Shown in pieces: positions 10,112-19,678 of a DNA stretch of 64,000 nt. Numbering within the stretch: position 1 is the stretch's first letter; each line of letters starts with the position of its first letter. Made by a program: the position numbers and the translations under genes. Source of the DNA: Ignavibacteriota bacterium (GTDB lineage: Bacteria; Bacteroidota; Ignavibacteria; UBA10030); assembly GCA_963727825.1 (NCBI GenBank), contig CAVSHO010000008.1:130675-194674 (forward strand), in the 5' to 3' direction. The notes below the pieces were generated by a model that did no database searches, had not been told where the DNA came from, and worked only from the letters and a program-made list of their open reading frames with translations.

Positions 10112-11203
10112 ATGAATCAACCTAATATCTACGCAGTAATAATGGCGGGTGGTGTCGGATCGCGTTTCTGGCCTCAAAGTCGTGAACGATCACCCAAACA
10201 AGTTCTCGAAATTGTCGGTTCTGGTTCCATGATTTCCAATACCATTGCGCGCATTCAGCCGTTGGTTCGAGCAGATAAAACATTGGTTGTGACGAATAAG
10301 CTTCAAAAAGATATCATCCACAAACAAGTGCCTTCATTACCTCTGCAAAACGTGCTTACTGAACCACTTGGAAGGAATACAGCGCCTTGTATCGGACTTG
10401 CCGCGAAATGGATTAACCACTATGATCCAGACGCTATTATGGTAATTCTTCCAGCAGACCATATAATTCGGGACACGGAAGAATTTTTACACGTGCTCCA
10501 ACGTGCTATTCACGTAGCACAGGAAAGTGACGCGTTGGTGACTATAGGTATTAAACCAACACACCCAGAAACGGGATATGGTTATATCCAGTTTGAAGAT
10601 TCTTCAGAAACGAATCCGTATACAGCAGATGGCATTTACCGGGTGAAGACATTTGCAGAGAAGCCAAATCTTGAAACAGCAGAAAAGTTTCTAAAGAGCG
10701 GCGACTTTCTTTGGAACAGCGGGATGTTTATCTGGAAGACGAGTGTAATTTTGCAGGAAATTGAAAAACATATTCCAGAACTTGGCGAACAGTTGACAAA
10801 GTTAGAACATGCAATTGGCACAGAGACTTACCAAGCGACTCTTGAACGCGTATACGGAGTCATTCGCAGCATCTCCATCGATTATGGCGTAATGGAAAAA
10901 GCATCGAAGGTTTTTGTGGCAAAAGGAGATTTCGGATGGAGTGATGTCGGTTCGTGGGATGAAGTGGTTCGCCTAACACCAATCGATGGGGAGGGCAATG
11001 CACTACGTGGGACAGTTATTGTAAAAGACTCACATCGAAATTATATTGACGCAGGCGACAAAGTGGTAGCTACGATTGGCATTGAAGATGTCATCGTGGT
11101 AGCGACAGATGACGCTGTGTTGATCTGTAAAAAAGGAAGATCACAAGATGTTAAGGAGGTTGTGGATTTCCTCCGGCGAAAACAAATCAATGGACTGTTG
11201 TAG
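10112..11203 (+). CDS. manC: Mannose-1-phosphate guanylyltransferase
   Basis: IMAGGVGSRFWPQSR..PKQ, RNTAPCI, ETGYGYI, FAEKP, WNSGMF and WSDVGSW. Confidence 0.93.
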   Translation: MNQPNIYAVIMAGGVGSRFWPQSRERSPKQVLEIVGSGSMISNTIARIQPLVRADKTLVVTNKLQKDIIHKQVPSLPLQNVLTEPLGRNTAPCIGLAAKWINHYDPDAIMVILPADHIIRDTEEFLHVLQRAIHVAQESDALVTIGIKPTHPETGYGYIQFEDSSETNPYTADGIYRVKTFAEKPNLETAEKFLKSGDFLWNSGMFIWKTSVILQEIEKHIPELGEQLTKLEHAIGTETYQATLERVYGVIRSISIDYGVMEKASKVFVAKGDFGWSDVGSWDEVVRLTPIDGEGNALRGTVIVKDSHRNYIDAGDKVVATIGIEDVIVVATDDAVLICKKGRSQDVKEVVDFLRRKQINGLL

Positions 11204-11669
11204 ACAATGGGTGATTTGGGTTCTGTGCTGTGCAACAACCTTTCTGCTTGTTAGCTGCACTTCAACACCGAGATTTGCGGGGCGAGGTGAACAGCAATAC
11301 GGCGAACGCAAACCGACGGCACAAACTGAACAACCTATTCATCACGATTCGGGGAAAATTCTGCTAACGATCGAAGGAATTGCTTCCTATTATGCAAATG
11401 ATTTTAATGGCAAGCAGACCTCGAACGGTGAGATCTTTGATATGAATGCACTCACCGCTGCGCATCGGACATTTCCATTCGGGACAAAAGTGCGAGTGAC
11501 AAATTTGGAGAATAATAAAATCGTTGTGGTACGTGTCAACGATCGCGGGCCCTTTAAGGAAGGGCGAATGATGGATTTATCGATGGCCGCAGCTAAGGAA
11601 ATAGATTTAATTGGTACTGGTACTGCGCGTGTGCGCTTGGAAGTGCTGGAATGGGGAAATGGACAATAG
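11190..11669 (+). CDS. rlpA: Septal ring lytic transglycosylase RlpA-family lipoprotein
   Basis: Lipobox LVSC; GIASYY, TAAHRT.PFG and VRVNDRGPF. Confidence 0.92.
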   Translation: MDCCRQWVIWVLCCATTFLLVSCTSTPRFAGRGEQQYGERKPTAQTEQPIHHDSGKILLTIEGIASYYANDFNGKQTSNGEIFDMNALTAAHRTFPFGTKVRVTNLENNKIVVVRVNDRGPFKEGRMMDLSMAAAKEIDLIGTGTARVRLEVLEWGNGQ

Positions 11670-11675
11670 AATACC

Positions 11676-12350
11676 TTGAAACGTCCTTTGATTACTGAAC
11701 GAGATGTGGTTGATGCTGCAAGGCTTGGAACAAAGGTACTTAAGATCCAACCAAATTCTATCATAACTGCCGCCGCTAAAGAAAAAGCCCAGAGATGCAA
11801 CATCGAGTTCTCCGTCCAGGCACAAAGCATAAAAATTTCATCAGTATCTAATCAAAAGACAATTTCCGAGATACAATCTCAGATATCTCGAAAAAAACCG
11901 ATGACGATTGCAATTGGTTCTGATCATGGCGGTTTCGCGATGAAGGAAGCTCTCAAAATATATCTCGCGGAACAAGGGAATCAAATTATCGATGTGGGGA
12001 CAGATTCCGAACAACCGTGCGATTATCCTGATTTTGCCTATGCCGTAGCATCTCTTGTTTCTTCAAACAAAGCTGAACGCGGTATTATGATTGATAGCGT
12101 CGGTGTGGCATCGGCAATTGTAGCCAATAAAGTGCCTGGCGTGCGTGCGGTTCCTTGTTACGATGAGTTTGTGGCGCGCAGTAGCCGTGAGCATAACAAT
12201 GCTAATATTCTTACACTTGGCAGTAAAGTTTTAGGAATTGAAATGGTGAAATCAATCGTCAATCTTTGGTTAGATACTCCTTTTGCCGGTGGTAGGCATT
12301 TACCCAGAGTGAATAAAATCGGTGATGTTGAAAAGCGATTTTTTAAGTAA
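11676..12350 (+). CDS. rpiB: RpiB/LacAB-family sugar-phosphate isomerase with N-terminal extension
   Basis: IAIGSDHGG, DYPDFA, ANKVPGVRA, HNNANIL and F.GGRH..RV motifs. About 75-aa N-terminal extension (LITERDV...IITAAAK). Confidence 0.88.
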   Translation: MKRPLITERDVVDAARLGTKVLKIQPNSIITAAAKEKAQRCNIEFSVQAQSIKISSVSNQKTISEIQSQISRKKPMTIAIGSDHGGFAMKEALKIYLAEQGNQIIDVGTDSEQPCDYPDFAYAVASLVSSNKAERGIMIDSVGVASAIVANKVPGVRAVPCYDEFVARSSREHNNANILTLGSKVLGIEMVKSIVNLWLDTPFAGGRHLPRVNKIGDVEKRFFK

Positions 12351-12380
12351 TTCCAATAGGAAATATCCTATAAATTCTAG

Positions 12381-12412
12381 ACCGCATAACCTTACATTGA
12401 TGCGGTTTTTTT
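12381..12412 (+). terminator. Terminator after rpiB
   Basis: ACCGCAT...ATGCGGT followed by a T run. Confidence 0.6.
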
Positions 12413-12432
12413 ATTAAATTTAGAGTAATGAA

Positions 12433-12654
12433 ATGAAGTTCAAAATTACAGTCAAACCGAATGCAAGAAAGAACGAAGTTATACGAATCGCCGATGGCAC
12501 ACTCGTTGTTCATGTTGCTGTGCCGCCAATTGAAGGGAAGGCAAACGAGAAAGTGATAGAAGTTTTATCAGAATATTTAAAAAAGCCCAAGCGATCCATT
12601 TCTATTGTTTCTGGTTTCAGAGGAAGAGACAAAATTATTGAAATCGAGGGATGA
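12433..12654 (+). CDS. DUF167/YggU family protein
   Basis: VKPNARK, PP.EGKAN and I.IVSG..GR.K pattern. Confidence 0.9.
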   Translation: MKFKITVKPNARKNEVIRIADGTLVVHVAVPPIEGKANEKVIEVLSEYLKKPKRSISIVSGFRGRDKIIEIEG

Positions 12655-12825
12655 AGATAAAACTTATTGTGGCGAAAATTGGCAAAAAACGCACATCTAT
12701 TTCTGAACATACCAACCGTTATTGATTCAAGCAATAGAATTGGCTATATTGGATTTGCAATGGAACGCAAATGGAAAATTGAGCGTTCTTAGAATAACGG
12801 ATGTTAAACAACTTCGGAAGACTTA

Positions 12826-13587
12826 ATGACTATTGCTGAAAATGGGAAAGGGCTGAAATTTTGCAGTCCTTTAGTGGCATTTTTTTTAATTCTAAGTTCG
12901 TTTATGCTATTTGGGTGTTCGCAGCAAGTAACGAGCGCGAAATTTGTTCAAAAAGCCGGAAGCTCCATTGAAGATATAACCGAAAGCACTATCCCTTCAC
13001 AGCCATCTCCATTTGCATCGATGAGTACAGCTGGTTTGAATCAATATATTCCATTGGTAAAAAAATACTCAGAAGAGTATAAAGTCGATTGGATATTGGT
13101 TCTGGCTGTAATGAAGCAGGAATCAAGATTTGACAATGAAGCAGTTAGCTATAGAGGCGCATATGGATTGATGCAAATCATGCCCCTAACGCAAATTGAA
13201 ATTGCAGAAAAGATAGGCGTAGATGAAGCATCTACACCGCGTAATAATATCAAGGCAGGCATCTATCATTTGAAATCGCTCTTTTCTATGTTTAAAAATA
13301 TACAAAGGGAAGATAGAATTTGCCTTACTCTTGCTGCGTATAATGCCGGACTTGGACGCGTGCAGGATGCTCAGAAGATAGCTGCCTATATGGGAAACGA
13401 TCCTCATAAATGGTCTTCCATTAGCACAGCACTTCCATTTCTATCGATAAAGAACTACACTTTGCATAACCGTATTTGGAGTACGGGCTGCCCTCCTAAC
13501 GGATATTTGCACAGCGCGCGGCAGACAATTGAATATGTTGATAACATTATGAGTTGCTATGACCGTTACAGTTTGGCATTAAAGTAA
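12826..13587 (+). CDS. Lytic transglycosylase (SLT, MltF-like catalytic domain) lipoprotein
   Basis: QESRF, GAYGLMQIMP and LAAYNAGLGRV.DA motifs; lipobox LFGC. Confidence 0.9.
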   Translation: MTIAENGKGLKFCSPLVAFFLILSSFMLFGCSQQVTSAKFVQKAGSSIEDITESTIPSQPSPFASMSTAGLNQYIPLVKKYSEEYKVDWILVLAVMKQESRFDNEAVSYRGAYGLMQIMPLTQIEIAEKIGVDEASTPRNNIKAGIYHLKSLFSMFKNIQREDRICLTLAAYNAGLGRVQDAQKIAAYMGNDPHKWSSISTALPFLSIKNYTLHNRIWSTGCPPNGYLHSARQTIEYVDNIMSCYDRYSLALK

Positions 13588-13751
13588 CATTATAAAAATC
13601 AACACAATTCTTTACTTTCCATTTGAGGTTCCTGTATTAATAAACAATTCCATTGGACTGCGCCGTTTGTTATGCAATACCATCTTTGTTGTTTTTCTCG
13701 TGTTCTTGTCTCTTTCATAGAGATCGATTTCTAGAAACCACAAGAAACAGC

Positions 13752-13780
13752 TTGACATTTAGGCGTGGTAGATATATATT
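13752..13780 (+). promoter_or_regulatory. sigma70-like promoter upstream of OMP pseudogene
   Basis: TTGACA-17 nt-TATATT. Confidence 0.65.
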
Positions 13781-13861
13781 TTTCATTATCTTCGACTGAC
13801 AATTTCATGTATGGATTAAACCACAATTTCTAATTTCACTAACCTAATAAGGAGATATACA

Positions 13862-14469
13862 ATGAAACACATTCTATAGTATTTCGCGATTGCATTGTTA
13901 GCTTCGTTTGCACTCAGCGCAATCAGTTTGGGGACAGATCGCCTATAAAGTCAGCTGGTGGTCAGGTGTAGAACTTGCTTTACCAATAGGTGATTGGGTT
14001 GATGCGTTTAGGACGGGTTCATCATCATGTTTACGGTTTATTCCTGGCAAAATATGGCTAAATCAGAATATTTTCGTTGTAGGTCAATTGGGATATACAA
14101 TGTGGCAGTTAAAAGACTATGCAGCTGGGTATTCCGGAAGGGTTCAACATTCCTTTGAAATTGCTAAATGGACGTAAAGTTATATTATTATTGAGCAAGC
14201 AAGTGCTCATGTCTTTTATGAGCTTGGTCCAAATTGGAATTCATTCCGTATAGCACAACAACTACTTGGATCTGCAATTCCTTCAGTTACTTATTTTGAA
14301 TTCTATCCCCGGTACTGCTGTGGTGATGTGACAAGTAGCGCTAGCAAATTTGTCATTAATCTTGGTGTTGGTTATCAATTTTCCCAATTTTGATGCTACA
14401 TGTGAAATATGCATTAATGGCGATATAAGCTATCTTGCCATTAATGTGGCATATGTAGTTCCATTGTAA
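13862..14469 (+). pseudogene. Disrupted outer-membrane beta-barrel protein gene
   Basis: SD AAGGAG then MKHIL*YFAIALLASF (signal-peptide-like, stop at codon 6). Frameshifted fragments GVELALPIGDW and SKFVINLGVGYQF, and a terminal beta-strand YLAINVAYVVPL*. Confidence 0.7.
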
Positions 14470-14498
14470 TTTCTTAGTAGCCATCGAATAGCGAAGAC

Positions 14499-14535
14499 AA
14501 GGGAGAAAATCGAAAGGGTTTTTCTCCCTTTTTTT
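14499..14535 (+). terminator. Rho-independent terminator
   Basis: AAGGGAGAAAA...TTTTCTCCCTT followed by a T run. Confidence 0.8.
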
Positions 14536-14544
14536 ATCTCCATA

Positions 14545-14590
14545 ACCTTGTCAAGGTCACAATGGTTAATCAAAGAAACCTTGACAAGGT
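14545..14590. repeat. Palindrome doublet (REP-like), copy 1
   Basis: ACCTTGTCAAGGT-N20-ACCTTGACAAGGT. Confidence 0.7.
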
Positions 14591-14645
14591 TTCCAAGGTT
14601 TCGGTTTTTGGAAGGCTGCTTTTTATTTTGTATCTTACATTTACC

Positions 14646-16172
14646 ATGAAAGAATTCGCTATCGCAGAAGGAAAGCCACGCTGTCATTGCGGCGTTTTTG
14701 GAGTGTTCGGTCATCCAGAGGCATCTGTATTTTGTTACTACGGCTTGCACGCCCTTCAGCATCGTGGACAAGAGGCGGCAGGAATTGTTTCCAGCGAGTG
14801 GCCTGAGGATCCCATCGTAGGGGATGCAGAACAGCGGCAAAAGAAGAAAAGACACTTCAATATTCAAAAAGGCATCGGGCTTGTTGCAGATGTTTTTAAG
14901 GATGAAGACATCCTTCGCAAAGATCTTAAGGGCAATGCCGCGATCGGACACAACAGGTATTCCACAACAGGTTCTTCTGATAACAAATCTAATATTCAGC
15001 CCTTTGTGGTGAACTACAAGACAGGTAATCTTGCACTCAGCCATAATGGGAATCTGACCAATTACCGAATACTCCGCCATCAGCTTCAAGAAGATGGAAC
15101 GATTTTCCAGTCAACTTCTGATAGCGAAATCATCTTACACCTCATTGCTCACAGCAAACAAAAAGAGCAAATTCTTCAAATTAAAGAAGCTCTGGATGTT
15201 GTGGAAGGCGCTTATTCACTTGTCATTCTAACGGATGATAGTTTGATTGCTGCGCGCGACCCTCACGGATTTCGCCCTCTCGCACTTGGCAAAGTAGATG
15301 GAGCGTACGTCGTTGCTTCAGAAACTTGCGCTTTCGATATTAATGGTGCTGAATACTTACGCGATATTGCACCCGGCGAAATTGTGGTGATAGATAAAGA
15401 TGTGGTCGCGACAGGAAATGTTAAGTCGTACTGGGTTTCCAAGAAATCTTCACAGCCGCATCATTGTATTTTTGAATATATTTATTTTGCGCGTCCGGAT
15501 AGTAAAGTTTTCGGGGTCAATGTTGATAAAGTGCGTCGCAAATTAGGAAAACTTCTTGCCAGCGAAAATCCGATAATACAAGAATCTGCTGATGATAAAA
15601 TAATCGTTATTAGCGTTCCTGATTCCAGTAATACCTGTACTCTTGGATATGTTTCCGAAAGCAATAAGCAAGGATTAAAAGTAAAATTAGAACTTGGCCT
15701 TATCCGCAATCACTATGTTGGGCGCACCTTTATACAGCCGCAGCAGAATCATCGCGAGTTGAAAGTGAAGGTGAAATTCAACACTGTGAAGGGAGTGTTG
15801 AAAGATAAGAAAGTCGTAATTGTTGATGATTCAATTGTTCGAGGGACAACATCAAAATTGTTGGTGAAGATGATTCGAGAGGCGGAACCTAAGGAAGTGC
15901 ACTTTCGCATTTCCAGTCCACCTATAAAATTTCCATGTTATTACGGAATGGATTTTCCAAGCCGCGAAGAATTAATTGCAAACAGATTAAATGGTGACAT
16001 CGAAGCCATTCGGCAGGAATTAGGTGTCAACAGTCTTTCCTATCTGCCGATGGAAAAACTTCTTGCATCAGCTCCGACGGAAGAAGGCAAACATTATTGC
16101 ACGGCTTGTTTCAGCGGCAACTATCCAGTGCCTATAGATCCGGAAGCGGAAAAGAACGAAAACGATCAGTGA
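14646..16172 (+). CDS. purF: Amidophosphoribosyltransferase
   Basis: Propeptide then CGVFG; LQHRGQE, GHNRYST and VDDSIVRGTT. Likely start is ATG 14646. Confidence 0.97.
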   Translation: MKEFAIAEGKPRCHCGVFGVFGHPEASVFCYYGLHALQHRGQEAAGIVSSEWPEDPIVGDAEQRQKKKRHFNIQKGIGLVADVFKDEDILRKDLKGNAAIGHNRYSTTGSSDNKSNIQPFVVNYKTGNLALSHNGNLTNYRILRHQLQEDGTIFQSTSDSEIILHLIAHSKQKEQILQIKEALDVVEGAYSLVILTDDSLIAARDPHGFRPLALGKVDGAYVVASETCAFDINGAEYLRDIAPGEIVVIDKDVVATGNVKSYWVSKKSSQPHHCIFEYIYFARPDSKVFGVNVDKVRRKLGKLLASENPIIQESADDKIIVISVPDSSNTCTLGYVSESNKQGLKVKLELGLIRNHYVGRTFIQPQQNHRELKVKVKFNTVKGVLKDKKVVIVDDSIVRGTTSKLLVKMIREAEPKEVHFRISSPPIKFPCYYGMDFPSREELIANRLNGDIEAIRQELGVNSLSYLPMEKLLASAPTEEGKHYCTACFSGNYPVPIDPEAEKNENDQ

Positions 16173-16724
16173 TGCATCGCTATTTCACAATTTCTAATCT
16201 TCTTAGTGCAAGCCGCATCTTTTTGGTAATCCCAATGGGATATTGCCTTGTCTTGGATTTTCCGTCTCATCGTTTGTGGACCGCAGGAATTATTGTTATC
16301 GCAGTTGCAACAGATTTTCTTGATGGATTTCTTGCAAGGAAATTGCACCAAGTAACCGACCTTGGCAAAGTTCTAGATCCTGTGGCAGATAAAATTGGAA
16401 TTGGTATTTATGCTGTGTTGATTGCATGGACAGGCGACGTACCAGTGTGGTTTGTGGTATTTGTTCTTCTGCGGGACCTTTTAATATTTAGCTGGTGGAT
16501 TATACATACATCGAGCGAAAAAAATTATACCGCAATCCAATTGGCCCGGCAAAATTGCTGTCACACTTATTGGATTAGTTTTTTTCTTGGGTACAATTCA
16601 AGTTGGTGCACTGAGTCACCTTTTCATCTATACGCTTTGCGCAAGTGTTGTTATGATGTTATGGTCGATGGTGAGTTATGCGCAGAGGTTATTTATTGGC
16701 AGGAATATTGAGGTGATGAAGTAA
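16172..16724 (+). CDS. CDP-alcohol phosphatidyltransferase (PgsA-like), one frameshift near 16487-16489
   Basis: TDFLDGFLAR...GKVLDPVADK signature. The C-terminus LAGGLYI...SNWPGK...IEVMK* continues in the +1 frame and ends 2 nt before the ftsY ATG. Confidence 0.85.
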
Positions 16725-16726
16725 CC

Positions 16727-17668
16727 ATGGGACTTTTTACTACACTCTCCAAACTTAAAGCCGGACTTGCTAAGACGAGGGATTCGATCGTCAACAAAGT
16801 GCAACAACTTGCCGCGACAAAGAGCACGATCGACGATGAAATGTTAAATCAATTGGACGATATTTTAATAGCCGGTGATGTTGGCGTGCAGACAACGAAT
16901 GTTATTTTGTCTCACTTGGAGCGACGCGTAAAAGAAGATAAGTACGAATCTGCATCTCAGCTTATTTCTTTATTGAAGGAAGAAGTAGAAGCAATTCTGC
17001 ACGTTGACGAGGGAAAAGAGTTTTCCTTGAAAGTGCTGCCTATATCGACAAAGCCGTTCGTTGTGATGGTTGTTGGGGTGAATGGTGCAGGAAAAACGAC
17101 GACTATCGGCAAGATGGCATATCAGTACCGCCAAGCAGGCCATAAAGTTGTGATAGGAGCAGCGGATACTTTTCGTGCGGCGGCGAATGAACAACTCGAA
17201 ATCTGGGCGCAGCGTGCCGGTGTAGATATTATTCAGCAATCACACGGTGCAGACCCGGCGTCAGTCGCATTTGATGCAATTAACTCGGCACTATCGAAGC
17301 AGGCAGATGTTGTGATCGTAGATACAGCTGGGCGCCTACATACAAAAACAAATTTGATGGAAGAGTTGAAGAAGATAAAACGAGTGATGGCAAAACGTTT
17401 ACCCGGTGCTCCGCATGAAGTATTGTTAGTACTTGATGCAACGACTGGACAAAACGGCTTACAACAAGTGAAGCATTTTACCGAAGCCGTCGAAGTAACC
17501 GGATTAGTGCTGACAAAGCTTGATGGCACAGCAAAAGGAGGGATTGTGCTTGCCATCAACAATGAGATGAAGATGCCCGTGAAGTTTATTGGCGTTGGCG
17601 AAAAAATTGACGATCTTCAAGTATTTAACTGCCGTTCATTTGTCGATGCGTTGTTTGAAGGAAACTGA
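16727..17668 (+). CDS. ftsY: Signal recognition particle receptor FtsY
   Basis: GVNGAGKTTT, DTFRAAA, DTAGR and TKLDGTAKGG. Confidence 0.97.
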   Translation: MGLFTTLSKLKAGLAKTRDSIVNKVQQLAATKSTIDDEMLNQLDDILIAGDVGVQTTNVILSHLERRVKEDKYESASQLISLLKEEVEAILHVDEGKEFSLKVLPISTKPFVVMVVGVNGAGKTTTIGKMAYQYRQAGHKVVIGAADTFRAAANEQLEIWAQRAGVDIIQQSHGADPASVAFDAINSALSKQADVVIVDTAGRLHTKTNLMEELKKIKRVMAKRLPGAPHEVLLVLDATTGQNGLQQVKHFTEAVEVTGLVLTKLDGTAKGGIVLAINNEMKMPVKFIGVGEKIDDLQVFNCRSFVDALFEGN

Positions 17669-17749
17669 ATTGAAGATAGAAAGTAGAAGGAATTAGGTAA
17701 TGGGTTGAAATTGTATTATCATTTTTAAATTTTCATTTATAATTCAAAC

Positions 17750-19618
17750 GTGCCTCTTAAAATTCACATATTATCACCTGAGTTATCCAACAAAATAGCC
17801 GCAGGTGAAGTAGTGCAACGTCCATCAGCTGTCGTCAAAGAGTTAATTGAGAACTCCCTTGATGCTAAGGCGACACACATCAGCATTATTGTCAAAGATG
17901 CAGGTAAAGCATTAATCCAAGTAGTGGATGACGGCGAAGGAATGTCTGAACAGGATGCATCGCTAGCATTCCGGAGGCATGCCACGAGCAAGATCCATTC
18001 GGAAAGCGATCTGGAAGAAATTCGGACGCTCGGATTTCGCGGCGAAGCGCTCGCTTCTATAGCGGCGGTTGCACAAGTAGAATTAAAAACTCGGACAGAT
18101 TCTGATGATCTTGCAACGCATATTAGGATTGAGGGCAGCGAGAATATAGAGAAATCCAAGTCAGCGCTGGAACGCGGTACAAATATTACAGTTCGCAATT
18201 TATTCTACAATACTCCGGCGCGGCGCAATTTTCTAAAAACACGACATACCGAGCTTAAGAACATAACCGATGTTATTGTTAGAATGGCAATTGCCTATCC
18301 TGAAGTTGAATGGTTTTATAAAAGTGACGATGAAATCATACTCGATTTGAAATCGCAAACTATTGAAGGGCGAGTGAAAGAAGTATTTGGTAAGTCACAA
18401 TTTGAGTCAATGTTCAAATTTGACGATACTAACGAATTAATGACGGTGAACGGATTCCTCGGCAAACCGGATTTCGCACGTAAAAGCCGCGTAGAGCAAT
18501 TTGTCTTTCTAAACCGAAGATTTATTTTCAGCAGAATGATTAATCATGCGGTTTTTCAGGCATATGAACATATGTTAGAGAAAGGATCATTTCCGTTCTT
18601 TATCCTAAATCTTACAATTGATCCCAGAAAAATTGATGTCAATGTCCACCCATCGAAGATGGAAGTAAAGTTTGAAAACGAATCGAATGTCTATCGCATT
18701 ATACTCTCTGTTGTGCGAAAGGCACTTGCGGCAAATGATTTAATTCCATCGATGGCGTTTCGTGACGGAAACGCAGTTTCGCCGTTTGATGCTAAGTTCC
18801 AATTTAGTGAACAAGCGTGGAAACGAGGAGCTATTGACCAAACTAGCGCACCGGTGTTTCCACTTCGACCCGATATTCGGTCTAGTGAGCAATCATTGCC
18901 GATAACGCCTAATATAATTGGCCTTGAAGATATTCGATCTTCTGATCCCAACCCGGAATCTCCGTTGCCGTTCGATATGCCTGCCTCGTCATCCTCAATC
19001 AATCGTATCCTTGCGCAAAGATCGGCGCTGGATCAATCGCAGATGCCGGAGAGCAAGCCGATTTGGCAAGCGCACAATAAATATATTATTTCACAGATTC
19101 ATAACGGATTGATGATTATTGATCAACACGCTGCGCACGAACGGATTCTTTATGAGCACGTGATGGCGAATTTCGAGAACACTTTGCCATCGTCGCAGCA
19201 GCTTCTTTTTCCAGAAACAGTTGATCTGGGCGCAGGCGATTATTCGTTGGTAAAAGAATTAATGCCGGATCTGTTGCGTCTTGGATTCGACATGCGGCTA
19301 TTCGGGAAAAATACGGTTGTAATAGACGGTATTCCTGCAGATGTAAGAATTGGGAAAGAAAGAAAAATCTTGCAGGAGGTGCTGGATGAATTCAAAAACA
19401 ACGAGCACTCCGGTATGAAAGATGTACGCGACAATCTGGCAAAATCTTTTGCATGCAAAGCGGCGATTAAGGCTGGAGACAGATTAAACGTGACAGAGAT
19501 GGTTGTGTTGATCGAACATTTATTTCTTGCTAAAATGCCGTACGTATGTCCACACGGTAGACCGGTGATTGTGAGAATTCCATTGGAAGAACTCGACAAG
19601 CGATTCGGAAGAACGTAA
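17750..19618 (+). CDS. mutL: DNA mismatch repair endonuclease MutL
   Basis: IAAGEVVQRP, GFRGEALASI, DQHAAHERILYE and CPHGRP. Confidence 0.98.
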   Translation: MPLKIHILSPELSNKIAAGEVVQRPSAVVKELIENSLDAKATHISIIVKDAGKALIQVVDDGEGMSEQDASLAFRRHATSKIHSESDLEEIRTLGFRGEALASIAAVAQVELKTRTDSDDLATHIRIEGSENIEKSKSALERGTNITVRNLFYNTPARRNFLKTRHTELKNITDVIVRMAIAYPEVEWFYKSDDEIILDLKSQTIEGRVKEVFGKSQFESMFKFDDTNELMTVNGFLGKPDFARKSRVEQFVFLNRRFIFSRMINHAVFQAYEHMLEKGSFPFFILNLTIDPRKIDVNVHPSKMEVKFENESNVYRIILSVVRKALAANDLIPSMAFRDGNAVSPFDAKFQFSEQAWKRGAIDQTSAPVFPLRPDIRSSEQSLPITPNIIGLEDIRSSDPNPESPLPFDMPASSSSINRILAQRSALDQSQMPESKPIWQAHNKYIISQIHNGLMIIDQHAAHERILYEHVMANFENTLPSSQQLLFPETVDLGAGDYSLVKELMPDLLRLGFDMRLFGKNTVVIDGIPADVRIGKERKILQEVLDEFKNNEHSGMKDVRDNLAKSFACKAAIKAGDRLNVTEMVVLIEHLFLAKMPYVCPHGRPVIVRIPLEELDKRFGRT

Positions 19619-19678
19619 GAGATGCAATCTTTGCGGTGGATATGAATCACCTTTCAATAGATTAAGGAGAGAGGTGCA

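Noticed and set aside
14430-15089. 219-aa minus-strand ORF and similar antisense ORFs throughout the track
   Set aside because: They overlap well-supported genes on the opposite strand and show no recognisable motifs.
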